Origin: the human T2T-CHM13v2.0 reference genome, Homo sapiens
Reading direction: 5' to 3' (one strand)
Length of the DNA stretch: 64,000 bases
Assembly (NCBI RefSeq): GCF_009914755.1
Contig: NC_060936.1
Shown in pieces: positions 40,341-55,505 of this stretch. A model generated the notes under the pieces. It made no database searches, was not told the origin of the DNA, and saw nothing but the letters and a program-made list of their open reading frames with translations. The position numbers and the translations under genes were made by a program. Numbering within the stretch: the first letter of the stretch is position 1; every line of letters begins with the position of its first letter.

Positions 40341-42296
40341 TCATGGTGGAGTGCTGTAGGAGTGTAGAAAGGGAAATAATTAGTCAAGGCTGAGTTGGTG
40401 GGAAGACTGTGGAGGAGTAGGGATTTATTGGGGGGCAATGCAAGGATGGGTAGGAGAAGAATGAAGGAAAAGGAATTTTAGGTTGGGGAAAGCATTGTAA
40501 CTAGTCTTAGATCAGTAAAGCCATAACATCTATGTGATTTACTTACTAAACAAAACTATTCCTGTTAGGGAGTAGTGGGACATAGCAAAGGAGGATAAAT
40601 AACTGATATTTATTATAATGAAAGAAGTTCTGAGATGGGGCACCAGAGCATTTTGGTTGTGATTTTTATCCTGGCCCTGTGACTCAGGGCAAGTTGTCTG
40701 ATGTCTTAGGACCCCACCTTTCCTCATCTAAAATCAAATGGACTAAATTTGTAAAATCCTTACAGCTCTGAATTCCTTAGATAATTCCTACATGGAAATG
40801 ATTTCTCTGACCCCACTGTCTGTAGGATGGTGGTGGTTTTTGCGCAGCGTGAAGCCAACTGGTCTATGTGGGGCAAACTTGTGGTTATGGCCTCTTTAGC
40901 CCCCTGCTGTGAGTGAGCAAGCTGACCGGCCCTCATACAGACACTACACACTGTCTTGCAACACTTAGCAATCACCACTGCTCCAGAGATCTGGAATCTC
41001 AGCAGGTGGATTTGTGGAAGGAGCTCTTGGGTATCTCATTCCCAACTTATTTAGAGTTAACTCTACTACTGTTCTCTTGAGGAGCCTCAAGGTTTAGTTG
41101 CCTTGAAGTGGACCTTGAGGGCTAAGCAAAAGGGGAAAGAACAATCTTTAGTCTTAAAAAAAAAATTCCTGGATTGTTCTTATGGTGTTCACAAAACTAA
41201 AGAGAAAAAAGCAGTACCATGAGCACCCAATGAACTGCCAGCAAAGCCCTAAGCCTTTCACAGTAAACTTACCTGCTCAGGTCATTTTGTGCTTGAAACT
41301 GAATACTGCTGCTTTTGAAACCAGGGATTGATTCCTCCATTTTACTGCATGTGTTTAAATAATCCAGGACTCTTATAAACATAAATGGAAAATGAGCTTT
41401 TCAAATACCATGCTTAGAAATCATTGGCTCTCATAAGACATTACTTCAGTTTTCTTTTTAGAAGGGAATTTTTGTTTGCAACTGTTCTCACGTCTCCGTC
41501 CTTCCTGGTTTGAGCCCCTCTCAGGAGTCGCACGCAGGCCCTTCTGCTGCTGCTCTGCCTGCAGTGCTGCAGTGCTGTTGCATCAGAGGAAGTTCTCTAG
41601 GATTCCACTCCCATTTGCTTTTTCTAGTTGCTAAGCAGGTGGCACTTAGAACAGTATCTGCCCTCTGAGCTTGATGGTTGAAGAAGATACTTTTGGACTT
41701 TTATGCTGGATGGATTTTACACAACTTGATGATTGAAAAATAACTTGAAATGGAAGAACTAAAGCAGATGGAAGCGATTTTATCTATATTTTGTGTCTCC
41801 AAAGTTTGAAGGGTTTATTTTGTTTTCAGAAACTGAAATTTGAGAAGAATGACAATTTATCCTCATCTTGCCCTTGAAAGGAAGAGTTTTTCTTTGGGGA
41901 GTGGAGCTTTAGGAAAGGAAGGTGACTTGAACTGTAAGGACTTCACAGCTAATATATGCCCCTGGGTAATGTTACATAGTCCTTATTTGTTTAGAATAGA
42001 AGTTCCTTGAGGGAGTAGAATATATCCTTTTTGTCATATGTGGTTCCTAATAGTGAGTTGCATCTGAGTGAATATAATAAATAACTAGCAATTCAGGAGA
42101 CTCCTGATCTTTGATCTCCCTTGGCAGATCAGTCCATGCCACAGATTTCCTGAAAAGAAAAATAAGCATGTCATGGAAGAAACTATGTGTTTTTTTTGCA
42201 AAGGTTGTGAATTAAGGTTGAGAGTGAGATGGTTTAGTCTGGCCTCTTTTTAGAGCAGTGATTGATTAATGCTGTCTGTGTTGCTGTTTCTTCCAG

Positions 42297-42731
<435 letters not shown>

Positions 42732-43416
42732 TAACCTTTTGTTTCAGTTCTGGCTTGTGGGGATTATTTTTCATTTTAATTGCTACTAAGGGTCATTTGT
42801 GGTCTTGGCACTCATCAACTCTATTAATAAGACTTCTGATTTTGGCTCCAGGCCAGATCAGAAAAAGGGGATGTAAATGAAATGGGACTATTTAAAAGAG
42901 TCTTTAAAAGATGGGATAGTAAAAGATAGTACAGCCTCCCTCTCTCAAACACACATTCAAAATTCTATCTTTAATATAAAGATGTTGTTACTATTGTGAC
43001 ATCAGTAGAGTAGTGTGGTGGAGATGGTGTATTTGCTCTCTTGTCTAGCTCCCTTTGTGACATTAGAGCATAGCTGCTGGGGACAGGAATAAAACTGAGT
43101 AAAGCAAACAGCCAATGAGGACAGACCCAGGTCATTGGCCCTGTTACACAGTTGTCTGGATTGATTCTTCCAGCACTGATTCTTGCAGTAGAGTCAATTC
43201 TGTTATTCATGCAAGTAGGGAGCTCAAGTGAAAGAACTACTAATCTTCATTTGGCCAAGAGTTTCAAACTTCCTGAACAAATATTTGACTAAATCTTCAG
43301 CTACTTTCTCATGATTATCTTCTGAAACAAGGCACCAAGTAGAGAAACAAAGCCTCCTGGGTGATCCACCAGCTAAATAATTGAATCTTGAGGACTGGCA
43401 TCAGACACTGTTTTAG

Positions 43417-43627
<211 letters not shown>

Positions 43628-43749
43628 TAGTCTGTTCTTTCACTGGGAAATCTAGAAAGTTTAATGAACAAAATGATATGATGTAAAGAACGGTAGATTG
43701 GAAGTAAGAAATCCTGATTCTACCATAATTTACCATGTTTATTATTTAC

Positions 43750-44044
43750 TTTTTTTTTTTTTGAGACAGAGTCTCGCACTGTTGCCCAGACAGGAGTGCA
43801 GTGGTGCGGTCTCAGCTCACTGCGACCTCTGCTTCCTGGGTTCAAGCGATTCTGCTGCCTCAGCCTCCTGAGTAGCTGGGACTACAGGCGCCCACCACCA
43901 CACTCAGCTAATTTTTGTATTTTTAGTAGAGATGGGATTTCACCATGTTGGCCAAGCTGGTCTCAAACTCCTGACCTCAAGTGATTCACCCGCCTCAGCC
44001 TTCCAAAATGCTGGGATTACAGGTGTGAGCCATCGCACCTGGCC
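43750..44044 (-). mobile_element. AluSx/Sz
   Basis: Antisense dimer. TSD ttattatttac. Confidence 0.92.
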
Positions 44045-44228
44045 TTATTATTTACATTTTTATTTTTTAGTAAATGTATTGTCCAAGCTACCACAGATAA
44101 TTTATGGGGAAATAAATGAAGAAAAAAACCTTCTCAAAACTAGTTTGTAATTTTCGGCAAGACACTTCATCTCTCTGGACCTAAACTATTTTTTCCAACT
44201 CAAATGCAAATTAATTTCTCATTTTCTT

Positions 44229-44605
44229 TTTGTTTTATAGTTTTTATTTTTTATTTTTCCTTTAACTTGTATTTTAAGTTCAGGGGTACATGTGCAGGAT
44301 GTGCAGGTTTGTTACATAGGTAAATGTGGGCCATGGTGATTTGCTGCACAGATCATCCCATCACCTAGGTATTAAGCCCGGCATCTATTAACTATTCTTC
44401 CTGATGCTCTCCCTCCCCCCATTCCCTACCTCTGACAGGCCCCGATGTGTGTTGATCCCTCCCATGTGTCCATGTGTTCTCATGATTCAGCTCCCACTTA
44501 TAAGTAAGAATGTGTGGTGTTTGGTTTTCTGTTCCTGTGTTAGTTTGCTGAGGATAATGGCTTCCAGCACCATCCATGTCCCTGCAAAGGACATGATCTC
44601 GTTTC
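44229..44605 (-). mobile_element. Short 5'-truncated L1PA (L1PA8-10-like)
   Basis: ttttaagttcaggggtacatgtgcaggatgtgcagg 3' UTR. 17-bp TSD taatttctcattttctt at 44212-44228 and 44606-44622. Confidence 0.9.
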
Positions 44606-45171
44606 TAATTTCTCATTTTCTTAAACCTGACAGGAGATATGAAAAAATATATAGAGCTAATAGTTGTTAGAGCCCAATTTTCCTTTGCATACTCTTTTTC
44701 CCTGGTTCCTGCTCTATAGACAGCCTCTTTCCATTCCCAATGCCTCAGATTTCAGTGGCCTGGCTTGAGAGTGGGGACTTACCAAAGAGAGTGGGTCTCT
44801 GGACCTGATGGGTGTCATTCATTGGATAGGCCAAATTGTTCTTGATGGTGCTCCATTAGAAGACTGATTCTTCATGGTAGAAATTCTGACTTCAGCCTTC
44901 GGCTTCATCACAAGGGTAAATTGTTCCTGGAAAGGATAACTTTAATAATTTTTTTTGGTAATCTTGAAAAAATATATACCACCATACAGAAAAGCTCATA
45001 AAGTATAAATACATAGCATAATGATTACAAACTAACAGCATGTCAAGAAAGAACATTGCTAGCACTTTAGATATGTTCATTGTACTTTTAAATGAAGGAT
45101 ATTTTACTTGATTAAAAATAATATTCTTGCTCAAGTTAACTTGCAAATCTTTACCAGCAGTGCTGATACTT

Positions 45172-45952
45172 CTATAGGGGTGGAAAAAGTCCACCTCCAT
45201 TCTCCTAGGGTGCCAGCTGGGTCTTAGAATTAAATTGACATAACATAGATTAACAGGAGAAAAGCATAATACATGCTTTATGTAGCACAGGAACCCTCAT
45301 GAAGAAATGAAGACCGTAGGCTGGGCGCAATGGTTCACGCCTGTAATCCCAGCACTTTGGGAGGCCGAGGTGGGTGGATCACAAGGTCAGGAGTTTGAGA
45401 CCAGCCTGACCAACATGGTGAAACCCCATCTCTATTAAAAATACAAAAATTAGCTGGGTATGGTGGCACGGGCCTGTAATCCCAGCTACTCAGGAGGCTG
45501 AGTCAGGAGAATCACTTGAACCCGGGAGGTGGAGGTTGCAGTCAGCCAAGATTGTGCTACTGCACTCCAGCCTGGGTGACAGAGTGAGAGTCTGTCTCAA
45601 AAAAGAAAAAAAGAAAGAAATGAAGACCTAAAGAAGCAGAGTCAGTTATTTATATACTGGATTGGACAAAAAAGTAGTAAATTGTGAAGAAGCAACTAAA
45701 TTATGTGGGCAGGCTTAAAAGATAAGACTTATTTAACAAGGTCAGTACAGTATTCTCTTGGTCTCACCTTCTCGCCCTTGAAGATAAGCATGTTGCCTTT
45801 CCTTCAGGTTCAGGGAGTGTCTTCCACACAGGAATTTCATCTTCCACTCTTAAGAAACAACAAGAAGATCAGAGTGATTTTTTTGCACCCGCTGTTATAC
45901 AAATGTCTTTAACTTAGTCAATATGCCAGAATAGCGTATCTTAACCCCTTCA
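45172..45952 (-). mobile_element. ERV1 solo LTR (MER34-like), interrupted by an Alu
   Basis: Minus strand starts tgaaggggttaagatacgctattctggcata. Contains gattaacaggagaaaagcata and gaaatgaagacc motifs. Confidence 0.6.
45319..45614 (+). mobile_element. AluSg-like SINE
   Basis: Sense dimer. TSD aagaaatgaagacc. Confidence 0.92.
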
Positions 45953-46909
45953 CTTCTTGCTAACTAGGCCTTGTACTAAATTAGCAAGATCTCTTCTACA
46001 AGGAAGCACACTGGGAATTAACCCACAAATCAAAAAGTCATAAGGGTAGAAATGACTTTAAGAGGACATTCCTTTCTGTTTGTTCTTCAAGGGCTGCCTT
46101 AAATAATTCTTTGCAAAATAGAATCTCTTTTCTTTGCTAAATGATACCAGTGGAATCCTTTATCTTTTCCTCATAGGTCTCATTTTCTAACTGATGAATT
46201 GTCTTTGTGACTCTCACAAAAACTTGTTTCTTATTTCCTTCCCTCTTTCTCCTAGTGGGTAAGAGAGAACTCGTTTTCTATTAGTGAAGTTCTGGTTTTA
46301 GCTCGGATTTCACACTCCCAAGGGACACAGGGCCCTAAAAGTTGTGCACCACGTTTTCGAGATACTGTTATTTATTCCAGCTGGTACTGGTTTGGCTATC
46401 ATAAGTATCTGAGGTCCTTGTTGGGTTTCACACTGACTTTTTCAGCTGGTCCCTGCAAACAATCTGAATCATCCTCTCTTTGAATTGCCTCAGACTTCTC
46501 AGGGCTACTTTACATTTTCTTTGTCTCTTGGTACTTCGTTCTAATACCTCCTTTCTTTGGCTTTCTTGTTTTTCAGCTGTTTGCTACAAATAATTGTTTA
46601 AGGAACATTTAAATTTTTAAATTCAGTTTTTAAAATAGGTAATATATTTAAGTGGTTAAAAATTCAAAGGTACTTGGTAAATAAGTTTCCTTTTTACACC
46701 TGTCTCTCATCTGTCTATTTCCTATCTCCCTGCACAGGCAACCACTGATAGTAGTATCTTCCAGAGTTTCTTTATGTGTATGCAAGCAAAAACAAATATG
46801 TGTTTTATGGAACTTGAACTCCATTAAAAGCCTTTGTTCTTGTTTTTTTCCTGTTGTTTTCTTAAACCTATTGAAGTCTTAATTTTGTTTTTTGTTTTTA
46901 CTTACTGTT

Positions 46910-47066
46910 ATTTTTTTTTTTGGAGACAGAGTCTAACTCCAAGTTGGAGTGCAGTGATGCAATCATAGGTCACTGCAGCCTCAACCTCCTGGGCAACCTC
47001 CATCTCTGTCTCCCAAGTAGCTAGGATCATACGCATGCGCCACCACATCTGGCTAATTTTTGTATT
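46910..47066 (-). mobile_element. Partial AluJ
   Basis: cactgcagcctcaacctcctgggc...ggctaatttttgtattt. Confidence 0.75.
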
Positions 47067-47416
47067 TCTCCCACTTTTAAAAGTTTTTCTTGTTTAGTGA
47101 AAAATTAAGGACTTTTTCTCTGTTGCACAAAGTGCCTGTCTTCACTAAAAAAATGCTCTCCAATGCTTAATAATTTGTTGAATACAAAATGGCCATATAT
47201 ACTCCTAATGACTATCTTAAGTAGGCAGCCAGGAAATCTGTAGGTTAAGCTGAAACAAGGCCTTCAGAATTGACTCCTATCCCTTTTTAATTTCTTAGAA
47301 CTGACAGTTGATATATGTGTCTTTTTTGTTTAATGGGTATACCGTGTTACAATCATATAAACAAAAATTTAAATTACAAGATTGATCAATGTGTTTTTAA
47401 ATAGGGCACACTCCTA

Positions 47417-47749
<333 letters not shown>

Positions 47750-48388
47750 CTAAAGTTCAGTTTACCTTCAACTTTTCAGGTGTACCTTTTTCTGCAAAGA
47801 GATATCTGCTTATTAGAATAATAGAAAATTATAATTTGGTAGCCTTAGACATCATCTAGTTCATCCTCCTCATTTTATAAATTTTATGAGGTGAAGTACT
47901 TTGTCAAAAGCCCACACCACTGTTGGTGGTATAACCAGGACTAGAGCTCATGCCTCCTGACCCTCCATTTATTACAACATATTTCTAGTTCCCCACTTTT
48001 CTAATTTTTTATTAATTGATTCTCAGCCTCAATTGGCTCAGTTCTGCTGAAGCTGGGCAGGGAAATAGAAGAAAAATAAGCTCCATTTTCATTTATTCCT
48101 TAAAAATCCCTGTGGTTTTTAGGACAGGTCCTAAAAAGTGCAGTGGTAAGAGCAGTGCTTCTGGGGGAAAGGATTCATGTTAGCCCCCTGTATTGTATCT
48201 TCTCAAGTCAAGGAGCTCTGAGGTGTGCTATTCCAGGGACTTGGGCTTATTATCAATACCGCCAGTTATTCAACTGGACATGTGATCTTGAGGCAATTTG
48301 TTTAACCTTTCTACCACTTGTTACTTTTTAAAGGAAGAGTATTTCCTATCTGCCATAGTCCATCCCTAACCTATGGTAGGATAGTATA

Positions 48389-48780
48389 CAATCATGTGTC
48401 ACTTAACGATGGGGATACGTTCTGAGAAATGAGTTATTAGGCCATTTCATCCTTGTTTGAATGTCACAGAGTGTACTTACACAAATCTAGACGATGTAGC
48501 CTACTGCACCCCTAGGCTATATGGTATAGCCTATTGCTCCCAGGCTACACACCTGTACAGCATGTTACCATATTGAATGCTGTAGACATTTGTAACACCA
48601 TGGTATTTCTGTATCTAAACATAGCTAAACATAGAAAAGGTAATGCATTGTGCTATAGCTACAACTTTATGACAGATACAAGGTCACTGGGCAATAAGAA
48701 TTTTTCAGCCTCATAATCATCTTATGGAACTACCATCCCAAATATTGTTGACCAAAACATTGTTATGTGGTGTCTGACTA
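48389..48780. mobile_element. Tigger3a/MER7-type MITE
   Basis: TA-caatcatgtgtcacttaacgatggggatacgttctgagaaat...gtggtgtctgacta-TA. Confidence 0.85.
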
Positions 48781-49227
48781 TAGTGGAAAGAGTGCCTAAC
48801 TGGGAATATAAAACCTTGTTTTAGTTCCGGCTTTGCTTCATGTTTGTACTTGGCCAAATCACTTTAATTTCCTTACCTACAATATTTGCAAAATAGAGTT
48901 AGACCCATATCTGTATCTTTCTAATTGTATTTCACACTTTTGCCTGTCACATATTGTATTTTAGCTGTGGCGAACTACTTCCTGTTTCCTTAGTGTGGAA
49001 GATCCCTCCACCCACCCACCTTCTTCTGGTCTCCCTCTCTTCCTGTTGGAATGTACTCTGTCTTTTAGTTTTACCTTTTGATATTCTACCCACACAGGCC
49101 CAGCCCAGAGGCCTCTTTTTCCTTGTAGCCTAACTTAATTATCTTACACTTGGAGAACTGATTACTCCTTTTAAATTTTTAAAACACATTAGGATCTTCA
49201 GTCCTACATTGGATAAGAAGTTGGTTT

Positions 49228-49291
49228 CAGGTTTAACTCAGGTTAGATGTGGAGGGTACCTGTGTTCCCAATAATGTTTGCAATTTTCTCC
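49228..49291 (+). repeat. 64-bp dispersed direct repeat, copy 1 (copy 2 at 50820-50883)
   Basis: 62/64 identical by direct comparison. Confidence 0.95.
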
Positions 49292-49964
49292 TTATTTCAC
49301 TAATATTAGTGCCATCAGCTTAAGTGATACATACACACGCAGCCCTATATGAGCTCCTGGCAGAAAATCCTTGCCAAAACTGTGCTGACACACTTTCAAC
49401 AGGTGTGCAGCACAGAGACCATTACGGAAGGATTTATGTTCATTAGGTGTGATTTGAAGTATTGCTAATAAGTTGTATTTCCTGCTTTTGCACAATAAGC
49501 CTAAATGCTGCTTTCTGTTTTAAATAAAAACTACATATTTTAAAACTTTGGTTTATTTTGTTGTTAAAAATTTTTTCCCAACAATATAAGGAAACAAAAT
49601 GATGTTTCAGTTATTTTATTTACCAAATCAAATTGAGATAAATGCTTTGAGACACTGGGAGGTGGGCCCTTCTCAAGGGGATGGGTCATTGATGGGCACG
49701 TATGGTCTTGTCCCCTCTCTAAGTATGGCTACCTAGAGGAGAAGGAATTTAATTAAGCATTCCTAAATCAGATTTCTCTTTTGTAGCCTTGGCAATAGAC
49801 CAAAAGTTGGGAAATCTTATTTCTGATCCCATCCCTGTGTAATTCCAGGTGATCTTGGGCATGCTATTTAACCATTTAAGGTCTCAATTCCTCCAATCTA
49901 GAAAATTAAGATTATGCTAACAGCTAACATGTCACTTATTACAGGTTGCAGTATAGACCATTTC

Positions 49965-50560
49965 TGTAAGAAAAATCCAGGTCATCTAATTTGATTGGAA
50001 TGTGGGGAAGTGACTGAGGAACAGTGGAAGATGAGGCTGGGGAGGGTGAGCTGGAGCAAATCCTGGAGGGCTTAGAATGTTAGACTCAGAGGTGTGGTGT
50101 TTGTTTGAGAAGCAGTAGAGAACTACTGAAGGTTCTGGAATGGGAGTAAGGATACGTGATGATAGCTGTGCTTAGAGAGGTGAATGGGACGACAATATGT
50201 AAGCTGGGCCAGAAGGAAAGAGAACTGAAACAGGCAGATCAGCTATGAAATAATGAAGGTCTGAGTTACAGTGGTGGGAGTGGAAATTAAGGGGATTGGA
50301 TGAATTCAATATGATTTATGATAGATTATGGAGGGTTAAGGAAGGAATCGAGCATGCAATTATTCATTTGACAATTTGATAAATTGTTACTGAGTGTTTT
50401 CTATATGCCGGGGCTCTGTTCCGTGCCCTTGGGAACAAAACAGACAAGCCATATACATTGTTGGAACTTAGTTTTTTTGTTAGGGAAACACATAACAAAC
50501 AAATACGGAAATAAAATTATTACTGATAATGATACGTGCATTAATGAAGATAACATGTTC
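49965..50560 (-). mobile_element. L2 fragments
   Basis: gagcaaatcctggagggcttagaatg...agagaactactgaaggttctgga and a second attcatttgac...ttactgagtg end. Confidence 0.6.
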
Positions 50561-50819
50561 CAGCTACTTTAGAGGCTTATGGTGCTCTAATTTGGTACAG
50601 AGACTAAACTTGGAGAATCCAGAAGAATCAAAGATTATATGGTCTCTCAAATATTCAGTATCTTAAATAGGACTTCAGCAAGTACTAAATTATAATCTTT
50701 AAAAGAGCCAATTTTGAGAGCATTTGCCCCTCTTGGATTTTTACACAGACAGAAATAAAATATACTTGAGCATCAGTGTGAGCTATTGGGGTGCTTACAA
50801 AGAAACCCAGCATTTTCTC

Positions 50820-50883
50820 CAGGTTTAACTCGGGTTAGATATGGAGGGTACCTGTGTTCCCAATAATGTTTGCAATTTTCTCC
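50820..50883 (+). repeat. 64-bp dispersed direct repeat, copy 2
   Basis: Same sequence as 49228-49291, bounded by an attttctccag direct repeat. Confidence 0.95.
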
Positions 50884-51529
50884 AGTCCTAAGTTCTCATG
50901 CAGGTACTAAGCTGTGATTCCATAGTTCTGAGCCACATAGGGTATAGACATAGACAGCTTTTACCTGAATTCTAGGATGTGTGTTATTAGCCAGTCACCT
51001 CAGCCATAAAATTCCACTGATTGGTAATTTTAGGAATTAGTTTCTGTTGGTTTCTCCAGGGTGTGATTTGTGCAATCTTATCATAACAAAAATTTACCTG
51101 TGGAATGGGACTGTTTAATAATGGCCATTTAAATGTTAAAGAATGTTTCAAGATTATGATAATATCGATCATCTCTGACAATAATTAAACATATTTTAAG
51201 TGCTTTCTTAGTTAAGGAGAGAAAACTGTGTTATTATTTTACAGAGGGATGCTTCTCTTTTGAATTGTTTCCAAATTGACAAATGAGTTGTAAATGTTTC
51301 TTTACATATAACACTATTTGACACAACTTAAGATCAGGATTGTCCCATCATATGACAATTTCTGCTAACTCTGATTTTACCAGAAGAATTTTTGATACAA
51401 GCTCTGAAGATGCATTTCTATTCCAGACACTGTTGAGCCTGCAAAGTTTGGCCTATGGAACCAAGTTGGAATAAAAGATTCTGCTGATTTCAGAGAATAG
51501 GGTGCCCCATCTACTGTTCAAGACCAATC

Positions 51530-52330
51530 CCTCACCCCTGTCTTTGACCCTGTGCCTTTCTACCTCCTCTGGAATTTCACTCCTTTGGTTACCCTTTCTC
51601 TTTTCTGTATTTTCCGTCTTTCCTCTCATATAGGTTCCTTTCCCATAGTCTGTAAACACACTCAAAGCCTCTCCCATCCTAATGAATCCTCACTTGACCT
51701 CCTGTCCCCAGGTAGTCTAATTGCTTCCCATGCCACTGAAAATTGTAAAGAGGAGGGTTTACTCACCACATACACATATCTACCCACTCCTCCATCCTTG
51801 AAGCCTGACTGCATCCTCACCCCTTTCATGATATTATAAGATCTTCCCAATAACATCTCAAATGGCCAAGTCTAAGATTTTTTTTAAGTTCTTAACTCAC
51901 TAAACCTCTCTGCAGTGTTTGACACCATTTATTATTCCCTGACTCTTATATCTCTTTACTTCCTTGGCCTAATTTTCTTTTTATCTCAAATGTTTCCTTC
52001 TCTTTCATGTTCTCAACCTTTCCCTAAAATGTTTATATTCCCCCAGATTCAGTTCTTGGCCCATGTTCCTCTCAGTTGGCACATTCTCCCTGGATGATCT
52101 CATCCAGCCTCAGTTCGAGGACTCCTGACTCTAGCCTAGCCTAGAATGTTCCTTAAATATTCAACACCTTGCCAGTCATCTGTTTCTGGATTTTCCCACA
52201 GGTTACTCAGTATATTCAGAATTGAACTCATTTTCTTCCCCTCAAACCTGCTTATCTTCTTTTATCTACTTTCCTAGTTGATGGCACCAGCAAAATTCTA
52301 GATATCATTTTTGACTCCCCAATTTTCTTC
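51530..52330 (+). mobile_element. L2 fragment
   Basis: aacctctctgcagtgtttgacacca, ctccctggatgatctcatccagc, aattgaactcattttcttcccctcaaacctg. Confidence 0.7.
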
Positions 52331-52624
52331 AGTCCCTGAGGATTGCCAGTACTAGGGATATCTCAGTATAATGATGCACGCTTTCACAAGTATGAAACAG
52401 TTGTGGCTCCAGAAACATTAACTTGCTTCCTCAAGTTCCCTCAACTAATATGTGGTAGAGTCAGGTTTCTGTTCCAGGGATCTGTGAATTTCACCTTCAT
52501 GGTCTTTCTTCCATGCCCTGCTGTCTATATAGAGCATATTGCAGGATGATTTTTTTGGTTTTGTTTCCTATCATTTTTAGAGAATTTTCTATCATTTTGC
52601 ATTGCCTCAATATGAAGTTAGTAT

Positions 52625-52939
52625 AGTCAGCCCTCCATACCCATGGGTTCCACATTTAAGAATTTGGGGAAATTATTTGGGGAAAAAAGCACATCTGTAC
52701 TGAACATGTACAGACATTTTTTTCTTGTAATTATTCCCAAACAATATAGTATAACTATTTATAAAGCATTTACATTGTATTAAGTATTATAAGTAATCTA
52801 GAGATGATTTAAAATTTACTGATGTGCATAGGTTATGTGCAAATACAATATCATCTTATGTCAGGGATTGAGCATCTGTGGATTTTGGTATCCCTGGGAG
52901 TCCTGGAGCCAATTCCCCGTGGATACTGAGGAACAACTG
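52625..52939. mobile_element. MER2 Tigger MITE
   Basis: agtcagccctccatacccatgggttcc...tctgtactgaacatgtacagac...ggatactgaggaacaactgta. Confidence 0.88.
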
Positions 52940-53169
52940 TATGTTGTTGTGTTTAGTTCATTTGTTTTATACCATACCTTCAGCATGGTATCTGAGACAT
53001 AGAAAAGGAGAGAAGACTTTTCAAACTAAAATTAGTGAATTTTTATGGGTAGATGAGCTAAGGGGTAGAAAAGTGACCGTATAGCTTCAACTGGGCACCC
53101 AGAAGAAAGTTGGATATAGTTAAAGGTTAGGTGATTTTAGCTATAGTATTTCTTTATGAAAGAAGAGAT

Positions 53170-53700
53170 TCATACATTCAACAAACATGTATGAACTGTC
53201 TACCTTGTGCCAGATAGGCATCACATTATGTACTGTGCTTGCTAAGCTGAGAAAATCATAGTAGATGGAAGATAAACCCCTCCCCTTCACGGATCTCAGG
53301 GTCCAGTGAGAGATACTGGTATGTAAACCTCAATAACAATATTCTGTGTTAACTGCTCTAATAGAAGTAAGTACAAGTGTTATAGGGACACACAGGAGGG
53401 AAGGACAATTCTATTGAAGAGAGTTGAATGGGGCTGTCTTCATAGAGGATGTGATCTTTGACCTGGACCTTTAAATATTAAAGTATGGTTAAAAAAAAAT
53501 TCACCTGTCAGAGAAGAGATGAGAGAGTAGTTCAGGTGTGAGGAACAGTGCATATAAAGGCCGAGAGACATGACACAGGTTTAATTGTTTAAAATAGTGA
53601 GTGTAGCTGTAACTGAAGCATAGAGTGTGGTTTGGTAAGACAGGAGATAAAGCCTAGAGGCAGGTTGGAGCCAATGAGTGCATCCTAAGGGGTTTTGTTT
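53170..53700 (-). mobile_element. L2 3' region
   Basis: cattcaacaaacatgtatgaactgtctaccttgtgccag antisense L2 terminus. Confidence 0.75.
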
Positions 53701-53758
53701 TCTCTCACTTCCAGAGTTCCCAGGTTGGAAATAACCTTTGGGACCCGTTTTGAGCTAG

Positions 53759-54169
<411 letters not shown>

Positions 54170-54254
54170 AGCCCCTTCTTGTCTTCTAATGGCCACTCCG
54201 TGTTTGGAGCCAAAGAGCTGAAGGAATGGCAGTACTGTGTGATAGCAGTGGCAG

Positions 54255-54515
54255 CATCATAACCACATTTAACGAGTGCCTGTTCTGTACCAGCCACTGT
54301 GTTAAGGACTCCTTGTGACCCTTCATTTAATCTTTATAACAACCTGATAAAATTGGAATAGTGATTGATGGCACCCACTTTATCAATAAGAAAACTGAGC
54401 CTTAGCAACCTTAACATAAGTTGCCTAAGATCATGACAGCTAATGAGTGACAGAGCTGGGTATTGAATCCAGGTCTTTCTGGCCTCAAAGCCTGTAAACC
54501 ACTCTGCTTTGCTGC
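54255..54515 (-). mobile_element. MIR (near full length)
   Basis: aagaaaactgagcc...aagttgcctaagatcatgacagctaatgagtgacagagctgggtattgaatccagg. Confidence 0.85.
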
Positions 54516-55264
54516 TTTCTAAGAGAGAGGAGAGTGAGAATAGATTCTAGAATATGAATTCAGTAAATAGAGGGGTTAATATGCTTTACATAATAAGCCT
54601 GCATTTTGCTCTTGCTTAGAGCAACTGTAGTCTGTGCACTTTAAGAGGTTAAAGTAGAAGGTGATCAAAGTCAAATTTATATCGAAGGACAACAAGGAAG
54701 AATGGCCATGGAGGAGGGTCAGACCTGCCCTGCCCTGGGAAGCAGCATTGTGCTGGCTCAGCATTGAAGCAGGTGCACAGTGCTGCTGCTCTGCCCGGTA
54801 TGGCTTCCTGTGACCAGAACGTGAGCAGGAAGGGTGGCAGCTACTCCAAATGTAGGTTGGAGAGCATGGGGTTACAAGGTCAAAGCAAATGAAGAAGTGT
54901 ATGCAGAAGCACCTGGAAAACTGTAAAGCCACAGGCAGATGTGGTGCTAGCATTATCTTCATCAAACTGAACTTGGAGAAAAGACCATAAACAGCACATG
55001 TAGGGGGTTCCGTTTTGCAACAGTTAAAGTTATTAAGTAGAGGAGATTCGTTCATTGATCTGAGGGTTGGACCAGATGACCTGGTGCAGTAAAAAGAGTT
55101 TAGAACTAGAAGCCGGGAGATCTAGTCCCTGGCAACTCCCCCGCCCCGCTCCTGCTCACTAGTGCTGTGACCTTAGTTTGGGCAGAGCATTCTGTGCTTG
55201 GTTTCTTGTTTGTGAAACGAATAGTTAGATTTGAGTAATAGTTTTGAAGCTTTTTAAAATTGTA

Positions 55265-55505
55265 GTATGCCTTGATAATTAAGAGTATAGGCTTTGTAGT
55301 TAGATTGCCTCAGTTCAATGCTAAATTTCACCACATAATAGCTGTGTTGTCTTGGGCAAGTTACTTAACCTCCTGCCTCAATTTTATCATCTGTAAAATA
55401 GTACCTACCTCATAGAGTAGTTGTGAGACAATTATTATATTAAGTATCTTAGTAGGGTGCCTGCCTGCCACATAGTAAATGCTTAATAAATATTGAATTT
55501 TATTA
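55265..55505 (+). mobile_element. MIR
   Basis: tagctgtgttgtcttgggcaagttacttaacctc...catctgtaaaat. Confidence 0.82.
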
